A DNA stretch of 64,000 bases from Mobula hypostoma. Its lineage: Eukaryota. The position numbers and the translations under genes are program-made. Below, piece by piece: positions 11,582 through 23,526 of the stretch; positions within the stretch are counted from its first letter, which is position 1; the number at the start of each line of letters is the position of its first letter. The DNA is taken from the NCBI RefSeq assembly GCF_963921235.1, contig NC_086097.1, forward strand, positions 16,182,001 to 16,246,000. Reading direction: 5' to 3'. Below the pieces are notes generated by a model that was not told the origin of the DNA, searched no databases, and worked only from the letters and a program-made list of their open reading frames with translations.

Positions 11582-12093
11582 CATTTGTGATTATCATTTA
11601 GATGCACCAGTGTGGATTATCAGTGAGGTGGAGATGTTATTTGCGATCTGGACAGATTATGGTCTTCTGGTGAGGAAGTCAAGGACCCAACTGCAGAGGG
11701 AGGTACAAAGGCCCAGGTTTTGGAGCTTTTCAATCAGAACCGTAGGAATGACTGGGTTAATTGCTGAGCTGTGCTCAATAAAAAGCAGTCCAACATAAGT
11801 GTTGGCATTGTCCAGATGATCCAAGGCCACATGAAGAGCCAATGAGATCGCATCTGCTGTAGACCTATTGTGGTGATAAGCAAATTACAATGAGTCCTGG
11901 TCCTTGGTGAGACAGGAGTTAATTCTCTTCAGTCTCTTGCAGTTTTGGGCACAGCAGTTGCCCATACCAAGCTGTGAAGCAGCTGCAGGGTGAATATGTT
12001 ACAAATAAGGAATATGAAAACAGAATGTTGGAAGTACTGAGATCAGCTAGTATCTGTGGGAGGGTGACAGTGCAGATGATGATCTTTTATTGT

Positions 12094-13050
12094 TGTTAAG
12101 TACCCCGTAACTGGGTTGCCAAACCAGCAGAAATGGATCACTCAGTTGGAGTCTGGAGTACTAGAACTAAGAAAGTTTTATTAAAGAAACAAGCAACACA
12201 GTAATCGAAAGGATAATAAATGCAACAGTTCAGTGATGATAAACACACATGTGCACAGAATTAAGATAACAGCATCAATCAAGCTCTATCGTTGTCTAGG
12301 GGTAAATGACCAAATTTCAAAGTGACTCAAAGTTCAGTCCAGTTTAGTAGTTCAGTTCGCAGTAATCGTTGCCATGGCGATGGACAACGTTGGGGAAGAG
12401 AGAGATAGAACAGGAACAACTGATCATTCAGACACGGCTTCACTCACAGACCGGCGAGATGGCTCACAAGCAACTTTTTTGGGCGGGTCCTTGGTGATGT
12501 CACCTGAGGTCACCGACTGTGACCCCTCCTCCAGATGCGGTCGATCCTCTGCAGTGAACCCGGCACCCAGGCAAGGGCGGACACACACCGGGTTCCCGCT
12601 GATCGTACCTTTCCACCCTGGCCGTTGTCTGGTACTCCTCACCGACTCGTGAGAAGCGTACCGCTTCCAGGGTCTCGTTACCTCGGGTGGCGTGTGTGTC
12701 CTGCCTTAGCGAACCGGTCCCTTTTTATCCCCCTGCTGGGGTATTGCCTGTCCATCATTTCAAACAGTTCAAGGTTCAAAGGGGGAGCCGCTCTAGACAG
12801 CTCTCTCTCCTGTCCCTTCATTACACATCTCCAGATCGCCTGTCCATCACTTCAAACAGTTCAAGGTTCAAAGGGGGGAGCCGCCCCAGACAGCTCTCTC
12901 TCCCCCGTCCCTTCATTACACATCTCCAGACGCTGCTCCATTGTTCCTTATCTCTCCTTCCCCTGAGGGCAGGTGGCAGACCACTTGCTGATGTCACTGA
13001 TGCTAACCCAGGCCAGCAAACATCTTAATTTTATGTGTATTCTCGTCACA
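12094..13050 (-). mobile_element. Solo LTR, 957 bp, Gypsy/ERV-type
   Basis: TG...CA termini; 4-bp TSD ttgt (12090-93 and 13051-54); aataaa on the minus strand at ~12177; internal ~90-bp tandem duplication at ~12748-12930. Strand is inferred from the polyA signal. Confidence 0.8.
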
Positions 13051-13154
13051 TTGTAATCTCTCCTCATCTCCACTAATATTTCCAGAAACTGCAAATAAGA
13101 AGGGGAGAAGTAAGAGACTGCAGAATTTGGTCAGCTTCAGAGTAGAAGGACTTT

Positions 13155-14356
13155 CTTGGTCTTTTCACTCAAACAGTTGGGCAAGATGTACTTTATGAAG
13201 TCCTTCAGTCAGTCACAAGATTGCAAATCAGGGAGGTCAGGTAAAATTTTAATGGGTTGCAGCACATGTAGGGGTGAAGGGGAATGAGAGGGTGGATGAG
13301 TTGGCAAAGAGGGCTTTAAAGAAAGAAAATATAGAAATGCACATTAGTATCAGTAAAGCAGAGGTTAAGTGTGTAATCTGGGAAAAAATCAGATTAGATT
13401 AGATTCAACTTTATTGTCATTGTGCCGAGTACAGATACAAAGCCAATGAAATGCATTTAGCATCAGACCAGAATTGCAAAGAACAGTGTTATTTACAAAA
13501 TAACTGCAAATGAAAAAGTGCTACAGCACATAAATATAAAAGTACTGAGACAGTACAATACGGATGCAATACTGCTTAGCGCTGTGATGTGAGGTTCAGC
13601 AGTGTCACAGCCTCAGGGAAGAAGCTCTTCCTGTGCCTGCTGGTGCGGGAGCGGAGGCTGCTGTAGCGCCTACCGGATGGGAGGAGAGTAAAAAGTCCAT
13701 GGTTAGGGTGAGATGCATCCCTGATAATGCTTTTCACCCTGCCCAGGCAGCGTTTATGGTAGATCTTCTCAATGGTGGGCAATTGGGTGCCGATAATCAA
13801 CCAAATGTGGCAAGAAAGGTGGGACATGGAAGGGAAAGGGAGGCATTTATATCAAATACAAAAAAGTGTTGCAGCTACTAGGGTAGGTAGTGGATACAGA
13901 AGAGAGGAGACTATGTGGACTAGGTTAAGGCTGGGGCACTGTATGTTAAACAAAACATTGAAAATGATAGGGAAACACCAGACAGGATTGTGTGAGGAAC
14001 GTCAGGAAGAGGAGTCAGTAGAACTTGTAGTTCTGAGTTACAGGAAGTATGGCGTACAGAGAGAGATGATGATAATCAATCTAAGGGAATTGGGGGTGCA
14101 GGAATTCACATTAAAAGGGTTGCTGGGCATGGGTGAAAAAGCACAGGTCAGGTTATTTCTAGTTTTCTTAAGGGGTACAGGGTTTTTTTATAGGATATGA
14201 TGAATAAGCAGGAATAGGGTACTAGGATGGCCAAAGATGGGAGGATAAAATGTAGGTTAGGGTATGTGTGTGTGTGTATGATTGGGAGCAGAAGGTGGCG
14301 GTAATGCACCATTAAGCTGGGTGCCAACCGCCGTAAAACAAGAAGGAGAAGAAGGA
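13155..14356 (+). mobile_element. Nimb/I-clade LINE 3' fragment (RNase H end to tail)
   Basis: Closely similar to 27310-28160 (RLRLGH, CEE..ESVE, 3' motif ggtggcggtaatgcacc..caaccgcc). Interrupted by a Rex1-like insertion. Confidence 0.9.
13392..13794 (-). mobile_element. Rex1/L2-like LINE 3' end inserted in the Nimb fragment
   Basis: ORF 13576-13827 (HPNHGLFTLLPSGRRY..SFFPEAV), (TCTAA)n tail, TSD aatca (13387-91 and 13795-99). Confidence 0.85.
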
Positions 14357-14729
14357 CTTACTTTCAAACAGACAGAGGAATTTCTTTAGTCATAGATTGG
14401 TGAATCTGTGGAACTCGTTGCCACAGATGGCTGTGGAGGCCGTCATTGGGTGTATTTAAAACAGAGGTTGAGGGATTCTTGATTAGTAAGGATATCAAAG
14501 ATTACGGGAAAGAATGCAGGAGAATGGGGGTTGAGAGGGACAATAAAGCAGCCATGATGGAAAGGCAGAGCAGGCTCCATGGGCTCAGTGGTCTAATTAT
14601 GGACCTGTATCTTATGGTCTTATCAATGACCAAGGATGGTGTGCTGGATGCAGAGGCTCATGCGTGTGAGATAAGCACCAGGGGTACTCTGTCTCTATTT
14701 TGTCTCGGACAGGTGGGGTGAGAGCATAA

Positions 14730-15560
14730 GTATGGGGCACAGAGAAGGAAGCCACGCTCCTAAAAAAAAATGGAATTTCAGATGTCTTGGAACAGAAAAG
14801 CCGCATCGGGGCTGCAGTAGGACTTTGCGGACAAATCTAAAGCAGGCTTCACGCTGGGGAAAAAGAAGGAGCGGCGTACTGGAACATACGGAAAATCGGG
14901 CGAACAGGAAAATCATATATTTTCTCTAGGGTCTGCTGTCATATTGCTGACTGATAATACTGTCGTTTATTAACGGAAACAAAACACTCGAGACTAGTGG
15001 GCAAATGTGCCTGCACACTACAGGGACTAAGATTTAGTTACTGGGTAAAAATAACGCTACCGCCGCTACTGCGGTGAGCGTTATCGGGGACGTTAGTGAA
15101 ATAAATTCAACAAGCGCTGGAAGTGGCTGGCTCTTTAAGAAACCTACCAGTGCGGCCGATCAAAATGTCAGCTCCTCCCCTTCAGTCGGTTTACGACTTT
15201 CTTGGTAGGTATTGCATTTTTTAAAAATTCACAACGTTGCCGTAAATTGTGGAGGAGAAAATGTAGTGGCTCAGAGGTGGAGGCTGCGGAAGGTACTATA
15301 ATTATATGTTAAATATATGAGAAGAGGGAGGTGGGGAGGGGAGAAGGGAAAAGAAGTTACAGTAGTGGCAACGAGCGAAGGCGGCACAGTTGCTGATCGT
15401 CTTTCTTTGATACAATGTCTTCTGCTGTAACACGGCGATGGTGGGTGGTTGAGCCGAGAACCCGGCATTGCCGCTTAGCCTGAGGCCAGCTATGAGTGGG
15501 CTCCGCCGTCGGGGATTCAGGAGTAAGCAATCCGCATACGCCAACAAAAAAAATTACTTC
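14730..15560 (+). promoter_or_regulatory. Candidate CpG-rich promoter and non-coding first exon of RPS6KL1
   Basis: Non-repetitive, visibly CpG-enriched stretch in otherwise CpG-depleted DNA. Donor-like sites G|GTAGGT after 15204 and GA|GTAAGC after 15522. Confidence 0.5.
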
Positions 15561-16513
15561 TGAAAAGTCTTTGTCCACCTCCAAAATATCTAGTGAGTAG
15601 TAAATTCGCAGTAATTTTCAGTATGCTTAAGAGGCGGTGTATGTTTGTTATGTTAGATAAGTTACAGGTTGTTACTAAGCGGCATAAATAAGCAACCCAG
15701 CAGCCTGCTATGCCTCCAATACCAAAACGCACTGTATAGATGTTAATTACATAATGGTTAATATTATTAATATGAGAACGATTCCAGTCTTTCTTCTCTT
15801 CAGTACATAATTTAAATGACATGTAGCCCCGCGATCTGTTATCATCACAGTTTTAAAGTGTGAATGAAGTATGTGATAAGTTGAGAGTAACTAACAGCTG
15901 TGGGTGCCACATTAAGATTTAGCAAATTAGCACCTCTAATATTGTGACAGTATCTAAGTTGCATGATTTAGTATAGGATTTTTTAACTGTATGTTGGCTT
16001 CAAGGAAATTGGCAGTTGAATTTATCTTGGGATGGATGTTGGTGCTTCGTGTAAGGTAATGTTATTTGGTGTGACGGTGATCATTTAAATTACAATTCAA
16101 ATCAGTGAATTACAGAGTAGTTCTTAAGTCCAGAATAATTAGCATCTACAACAAAACTGTTTTTTTCTGTATTGGATGAGAACCCAGAGATTTTGGAATG
16201 AATAGATTTTCACATCTCAAAACAAAGGAGCTTGAGGGATTGACCTTATAGAGATCATAGGAGGTTGATCTTGTAGAGATTCGTGGAATCATATGGGCAG
16301 ATATGGTGTGGATGGTCACAGTCATTTTCTCAGGGTTGGTGAATCTGGGACTGAAGGGTGTGGGTTTAGAGTGATCTGAAAGAATTTGAGGGGGACGTTT
16401 GATGCAAGTTGTCCAAAGTTCCTCTATACCAAATTTTAGCCATCCAATAGTGCTCGCTCTTCTGAACTTTGCTGCTTCTCAGCCACCGTATTGGGTGAAA
16501 GATTATTTTAGAT

Positions 16514-16594
16514 CCGAGGTTTCCAACCTGGAGTCCACTGATCCCCTCAGTTAATGGTAGGTGTCCATGACATTAAAAAGGTTGGGAACCCCTG
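16514..16594. mobile_element. Second copy of the ~80-bp hAT MITE
   Basis: Aligns to 4672-4750; ends aaggttgggaacccctg. Confidence 0.7.
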
Positions 16595-18162
16595 CTTTCG
16601 AGGCATATGAAACTAGGATAGATCAGCATGTACGTTTGGCTAAAACGCCTGTTTCTGTGCTGTAATTCAGGAAGGCAGTAGGGTGGCTGAAAAAAGCCCA
16701 GAAGAGTGAGCACGACTGGATGGCTAAAATTTGGCAGAGAGCAACTTTGGACACAAGTTCACATCGTCTTGTGTGTCTGTTAGAAGAGGATATGCCAGGT
16801 GAACTTGGATAAAACCCCAACACATGACTGTAATTATAAAGGAGTTTCCCTGATGCCTACTACATAAAGGTCATTAATTGGGTCTTACATGACCACCAAT
16901 ATCTAGTGACTGAAAAAGAATAACTCTTGATGTGTTATGTGGATTCCATTCAGCTGGATATTCAATGGATTAGATCTTCATTGCCTGACAACTCCAAGAA
17001 TAAATCAAGAAACAGCATCAGCAATATACATTTTTTAATCTTCCCCTCTAACCTTCCCCTTTTCCCAAAAGGGGAGAGGGGTTGAGGAGAATACTTATCA
17101 AATTTGGCTGCCCTCAGAAATTCATTCTCCATCCTAGTTCTGCAATTTGACCATTTGTAAGCCGTGATCAGTTTGGATTATTAAATCCAAACCAAACCCA
17201 GTTCTAGTGCAGAATGACATCAGGCAAGACATATGTCAAATATCCCAATCTTTCCCTCTGAAGTTCTGTACCTCTCCAATGAGCTTTTGTTGGAGTGGAG
17301 TAGGTCAACAGAATAAACATGGGACAGTTAAACGCATATTGCCTCTCTTAAGCATTCAGTGGATCAGGCCATCATTTGTCCATCTGAAGAAAAAGTTGTT
17401 TGATGATCAAATGTGAAACAAAGCTCCGAGACCACAGGGTAAGAGACAAGGTAAATGGAACTGATGGGATTGCTTTGCTAAGAGTAGGCATGGATTCAGT
17501 GGGTTGAAAGGCATCTATGCTTAACAAGCAAGTCAACATTTCTGTAAATTTCTGAATCATGGGCTACTTACCTCAGATTTCTCAAGACTCTTGAAGGATA
17601 CCAATGTTAGCTCCACTAACAACTCCAATGTTAGACCAGTGTCAGCATCCTTTCCTGGGCCGACATACCCAGCACTGAGGCTCTGATTAGACGTAATCAC
17701 CTTTGAGCTGCAAGCCATGTCATTCACATGTCTGACACTAGACTGTCAAAGCAAGCATTTCTGAAGATAACCAGATGAACAGAGGTATGTTCTCAAAGCA
17801 TCCTTGGAAAAAGTGTAATATTCTCACTGACGTGGGAATTCCTATCTAATATGTTCAGTGGAGAAGAAGCATTTGGAGTGGCCTTAAGCATCACAAAATC
17901 CCTTGGGAACATGTAAAAGCTCTGCATAAATGGTGAAGATGTTTCAGAATCTACAGTTGCACATTGGCCTCATCAGCTACAAAACTTACAAAGCCCAGAT
18001 GGAAGTGCAGGTTTATTATCACTGGCATGTGACGTCATCCTCGATCATGGGGACTTCTTTAAGAAATACAATTACTGGTAAATATTTCTTCACTTAAGAA
18101 GATTATGCCTCTGTCATTTACATCTTGCGACGCTACTATATTAAGAATATAACTAAAATCTA

Positions 18163-18398
18163 ATAGAAACATAGAAAATAGGTGCAGGAGTAGGCCATTC
18201 GGCCCTTCGAGCCTGCACCGCCATTTATTATGATCATGGCTGATCATCCAACTCAGAACCCCGCCCCAGCCTTCCCTCCATACTCCCTGATCCCCATAGC
18301 CACAAGGGCCATATCTAACTCCCTCTTAAATATAGCCAATGAACTGGCCTCAACTGTTTCCTGTGGCAGAGAATTCCACAGATTCACCACTCTCTGTG
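18163..18398 (-). mobile_element. Young CR1 LINE 3' fragment
   Basis: Nearly identical to 21560-21793, with the same microsatellite tail. Confidence 0.9.
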
Positions 18399-21300
18399 GT
18401 GATCTGTTATATTAGTAGATACCCATTAAGAAACTAAAGGAAGGTGAGAATCATATACAAAGCGATAGACCGTACAATTGGGGAGTGATGCATGTGAGGG
18501 CTGAGATACTATCTTAACTGTCTTACTATCCACTGTCGTATTTTAACTTTGCTGTCTTATTTGTTGTGTAGTTGGATGGCATTAATAGTGATCTATTGAC
18601 TATAACATACAATGTTCCAATTCTCACAGAGGACATAATGAATGTGGGTTTTTGCCTTTGCTTTTAATGTTGAAATGTTATCACATTGTGCATAGGGTGG
18701 AGGGACAAGAAAACTAATTTTGGTTTACAGTGTTTATGTTTTCCAAAGGAATTGAAATATAAATTCAGTTCAAAAATATGAGGTAGTTTTCTGGACAATC
18801 AAAGGATATGTAGGTTCCATCGTAACTGAAGGAATTGGGTTCAAACTGTTTATTTTACCTTGGGTTGATAATGGAAATTTTTTTTCACATATTTAAAGGA
18901 AACTGAAAACTCTTAGGCATATATATCTATGGTACCTAAGACTTTTGCACAGTACTGTAGTAATTTTATGTATTGCACTGTACTGCTGCAAAAAAAAACA
19001 AATTTCATAGCATATGTGAGTGATGATAAATCTGATTCTTATTGTGGACTGAGGAGGAAGGGGTCAGGGAGAGAGGAATCACAGTTGCGAAAAGGGGAAG
19101 GGAGAGGGGAAGAAGCGGGAAGCACGAGAGACATTCTGTTATGATCAATAAACCAATTGTTTGGATTCAAATGACCTTGCCTGGTGTCTCAGAGCTGGGT
19201 GTGTCAACCTCGCTCCTGGCACTCTGCCACCTGCCCCTCGCCTCACCCGCAGCACTCTATCCTTACCATTCCCAGCATCCTTTGCTCCTGCCAGATTTAC
19301 AAACACATTCAGTGCTCAATGTTGACAAATACACTACAGTGCAAAAGTCTTACACCTTAGCTATATATACAGTATGTGCCTAAGACTTTTGCACAGTACT
19401 GTTGTTTCAAATAGGTGGGGCAGGTATACAAACTTTTTGAACGGCAATGTGTGATTAGAAGGCCATTAGTGAAGGATGGAGGGATTACTTAGTACAATTT
19501 GAAATAATGACAATATTTGTCATTAAAATAGATAGTGGAGAGAGTGACAGGGAAAAAAAAGGTACAAGTCACTTTGGAGTGAAGTAGGAATCAGCAAAAG
19601 AAAGCTTCAGAATTTCTGAATGTTAGCTATAAAGCCTTGGTTTGAATAATTACTGCAGGAGGATGTTAAATTCTCATTGAGCTGGCCTGAATTATTGATT
19701 ATGAGTCAATAATTATAGGGATAAAACATTGAAGAATAGGAGAATGCAAAAGAATAATAATGATGTTTAATCAAAGAGTATGTATTTTTGATCATGTTTG
19801 GGTGTGTATTTATGTCTGTTTGCTTGGTTCAGGCTTCCTTCTGTGTGTGCGCACAGAGTTGGATATGTTAGTAGGAAGATTTGGATGCTTGACAAGGATT
19901 TGAGTTTCCTATCTGATAACAATTATGTTGGAAATGTAAAACAATGGCAGAAATCTCCTCTACATTGAAGAAGACAAATATAGATTGAGTGACTGCTTTA
20001 CAAGACCTTTTGCAAAGGATTACCTTGAGCTTCCAGTTGTCCATTATTTTAATTCTCTGTCCAACCTGTCACTCTGACTTTGCTATCTTCTTTTCATGCA
20101 TTTCTTCAAATATGTACAAGATAAACTCAAAGGACAACACTTGATCTTCTCTCTGAACATATTGCAGCTCTAGGACAAATATAAAATTTAACAATTTCAA
20201 GTAACTGCATTTTTTCTCTTCCTCAGATGTAGCTGTATCCTTCGGTTTCAATTTGTTGCCTTTCACTTCCATCTCTAACTGTTTTTAAAGAAATTGTTCC
20301 TTTTACAGTCTGCGGTTGCAACTGCAGTTACGGTTGCGGTTCCCTCTTCTCTCCATTCCTCCCCTTCTCTCTGGCTTCTGTGAAAATTTTATGTAAATGC
20401 TAATCTGATTTTTCTAAATATAGTTTAACGAGATTTTGCTAACTTGTGCTAATGTGGTTCACTTTGCTTAAACAGAAGACTCTTGATTACTGAATTCAAC
20501 TTCTTAGAATATTCCTGACCCTAATGTTACTAATTAACCTGTCTCAATGCTATACCTGAAGGAGAACATTCCTTGGTTACTCCTTCAACATATTGCCTTA
20601 GCAAATTCTGGCAAATTCATTTCATTGACTTGTCATCCATGTTATGTTTGCCAAGTCTTACTTTTTTCCCAATCTGTATAAAGTTTAAGGAATCCCAGGG
20701 CCATAAAAATAAAAATCATTCAATACTTATCTCTCTGTGGTACTGATTCACAGGGGCAAATATGATGTAAGATTGGCCTCAATGACATTACCTAATTGCT
20801 TTGGTTGTAATCTAAATCATTTAACATTGTATTGGGCCATGCCAGAGGAATGAGGAATGTTAATAGCGGATAATTGTGTATAATACACTCCCTGAGAATT
20901 AAATTACATGTATAGTAGTCAGAAGTGTTAGAACAGAGAGTAGTGCAGCACACTAATGGCTCTTTGGCCCACGGTGTTATGCCAAACTTGTTCTATAAAC
21001 AAAAGTAAGAGGGAGAAAAGGGAAAACATCATGGTGTTTGTTTGCCAAAAATAAAAGTATATAATCAACATGCAGCTTATCAGCTGGGTTAGTGGAAGTA
21101 CTAAATTCATCTGTTGAACAATTGTGCTGCATTTGTAGACATCTCTGGCAAACTACATAATTTGTATGACATTTTTCTTTCTCCATCCCAAACCTTAAAG
21201 GATATGAACTGAGGAACAGGCTGGACACATCCCAAAGATGAAGTTTTTTAAAGAGAGGATGAGGCAACCGTGGCTGACAAGGGAAGTCAGACACTGCATA

Positions 21301-21551
21301 AAAACAAAAGAGAGGACATATGATATTGCAAAATTAGTGGGAATGTAGAGGATTGGGAAGCTTTTGAAAACCAACAGGCAATGAAAAAAGCCATAAGTAG
21401 AGAATAAATGATGTATGAAGGTAAGCTGGCCAATATAAATATAAAAGAGGATACCAAATGTTTTTTTCAGATATATAAAAAGAGAAACGAGAGTAGATAT
21501 TGGACTGCTGGAAAATTATGCTGGAGAGGCAGTAACAGGGGACAAAGAAAT

Positions 21552-23052
21552 AGAAACATAGAAACATAGAAAATAGGTGCAGGAGTAGGCCATTCGGCCC
21601 TTCGAGCCTGCACCGCCATTTATCATGATCATGGCTGATCATCCAACTCAGAACCCCGCCCCAGCCTTCCCTCCATACTCCCTGATCCCCATAGCCACAA
21701 GGGCCATATCTAACTCCCTCTTAAATATAGCCAATGAACTGGCCTCAACTGTTTCCTGTGGCAGAGAATTCCACAGATTCACCACTCTCTGTGTGAAGAA
21801 GTTTTTCCTAATCTCGGTCCTAAAAGGCTTCCCCTTTATCCTCAAACCGTGGCCCCTTGTTCTGGACTTCCCCAACATCGGGAACAATCTTCCTGCATCT
21901 AGCCTGTCCAATCCCTTTAGGATTTTATACGTTTCAATCAGATCCCCCCTCGAACTTCTAAATTCTAACGAGTACAAGCCCAGTTCATCCAGTCTTTCTT
22001 CATATGAAAGTCCTGCCATCCCAGGAATCAATCTGGTGAACCTTCTTTGTACTCCCTCTATGACAAGGATGTCTTTCCTCAGATTAGGGGACCAAAACTG
22101 CATACAATACTCCAGGTGTGGTCTCACCAAAGCCTTGTACAACTGCAGTAGTACCTCCCTGCTCCTGTACTCGAATCCTCTCACTATAAATGCCAGCATA
22201 CCATTCGCCTTTTTCACCGCCTGCTGTACCTGCATGTCCACTTTCAATGACTGGTGTATAATGACACCCAGGTCTCGTTGCACCTCCCCTTTTCCTAATC
22301 GGCCACCATTCAGATAATAATCTGTTTTCCTATTTTTGCCACCAAAGTGGATAACTTCACATTTATCCACATTAAATTGCATCTGCCATGAATTTGCCCA
22401 CTCACCCAACCTATCCAAGTCACTCTGCATCCTCTTAGCATCCTCCTCACAGCTAACACTGCCACCCAGCTTCGTGTCATCCGCAAACTTGGAGATGCTG
22501 CATTTAATTCCCTCATCCAAGTCATTAATATATATTGTAAACAACTGGGGTCCCAGCACTGAGCCTTGCGGTACCCCACTAGTCACCGCCTGCCATTCTG
22601 AAAAGGTCCCGTTTATTCCCACTCTTTGCTTCCTGTCTGACAACCAATTCTCTATCCAAATCAATACCTTACCCCCAATACCGTGTGCTTTAAGTTTGCA
22701 CACTAATCTCCCGTGTGGGACCTTGTCAAAAGCCTTTTGAAAATCCAAATATACCACATCCACTGGTTCTCCCCTATCCACTCTACTAGTTACATCCTCA
22801 AAAAATTCTATGAGATTCGTCAGACATGATTTTCCTTTCACAAATCCATGCTGACTTGTCCGATGATTTCACCGCTTTCCAAATGTGCTGTTATCACATC
22901 TTTGATAACTGACTCCAGCAGTTTCCCCACCACCGACGTTAGGCTAACCAGTCTATAATTCCCTGGTTTCTCTCTCCCTCCTTTTTTAAAAAGTGGGGTT
23001 ACATTAGCCACCCTCCAATCCTCAGGAACTAGTCCAGAATCTAACGAGTTTT
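21552..23052 (-). mobile_element. Young 5'-truncated CR1 LINE with open RT ORF (21648-22841)
   Basis: YLDFQKAFDKV, GVPQGSVLGP, KFADD motifs in a 397-aa open frame. Microsatellite tail; flanked by gaaat/gaaat. Confidence 0.95.
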
Positions 23053-23526
23053 GAAATGGTGGATGAACTTAAGACAGGTGGAGGGGAACGAAGTGTTGAG
23101 GAAGCATGGAGTCTGCAGATGAACTTGGACAGATTGGGAGAATGGGCAAAGAAGTGGCAGATGGAATATAGTGTAGAATAGTATATGGTCATGCACTTTG
23201 GTAGAAGCAATAAAGACTTAGACTATTTTCTAAACTTTAAGGTTAACTTTCAGGTTGAGTCGATGGTAAGGAAGGGAAATGCAATATTAGCATGCTTTTT
23301 GGGAGGACAAAAATATGAAAGCAAGGATGTAATGCTGGAGTATTGTGAACAGTTTTGGGCCACTTATTTAAAAAAATATATATGCTGGCATTGGAGAAGG
23401 TTTAAAGGAGGCTCATAACAATTATTGCGTGAATGAAAGGGTTAACACGAGCATTTGATGGCTCTAGGCATGTACTCACTGGAGCTTAGAAGAACGAGGG
23501 GTGATCTCATTGAAACCTGTTGAATA

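Noticed and set aside
12374..13028. Overlapping ORFs of 92-143 aa
   Set aside because: They lie within the solo LTR and have no recognisable domains.
17600..18050. Possible degenerate RTE 3' fragment
   Set aside because: Only a faint resemblance; boundaries and family cannot be supported without an alignment.
21625..22740. + strand ORFs of 230 and 134 aa
   Set aside because: Antisense shadows of the CR1 RT ORF. The same applies to 55813-56301 and 56477-57019.
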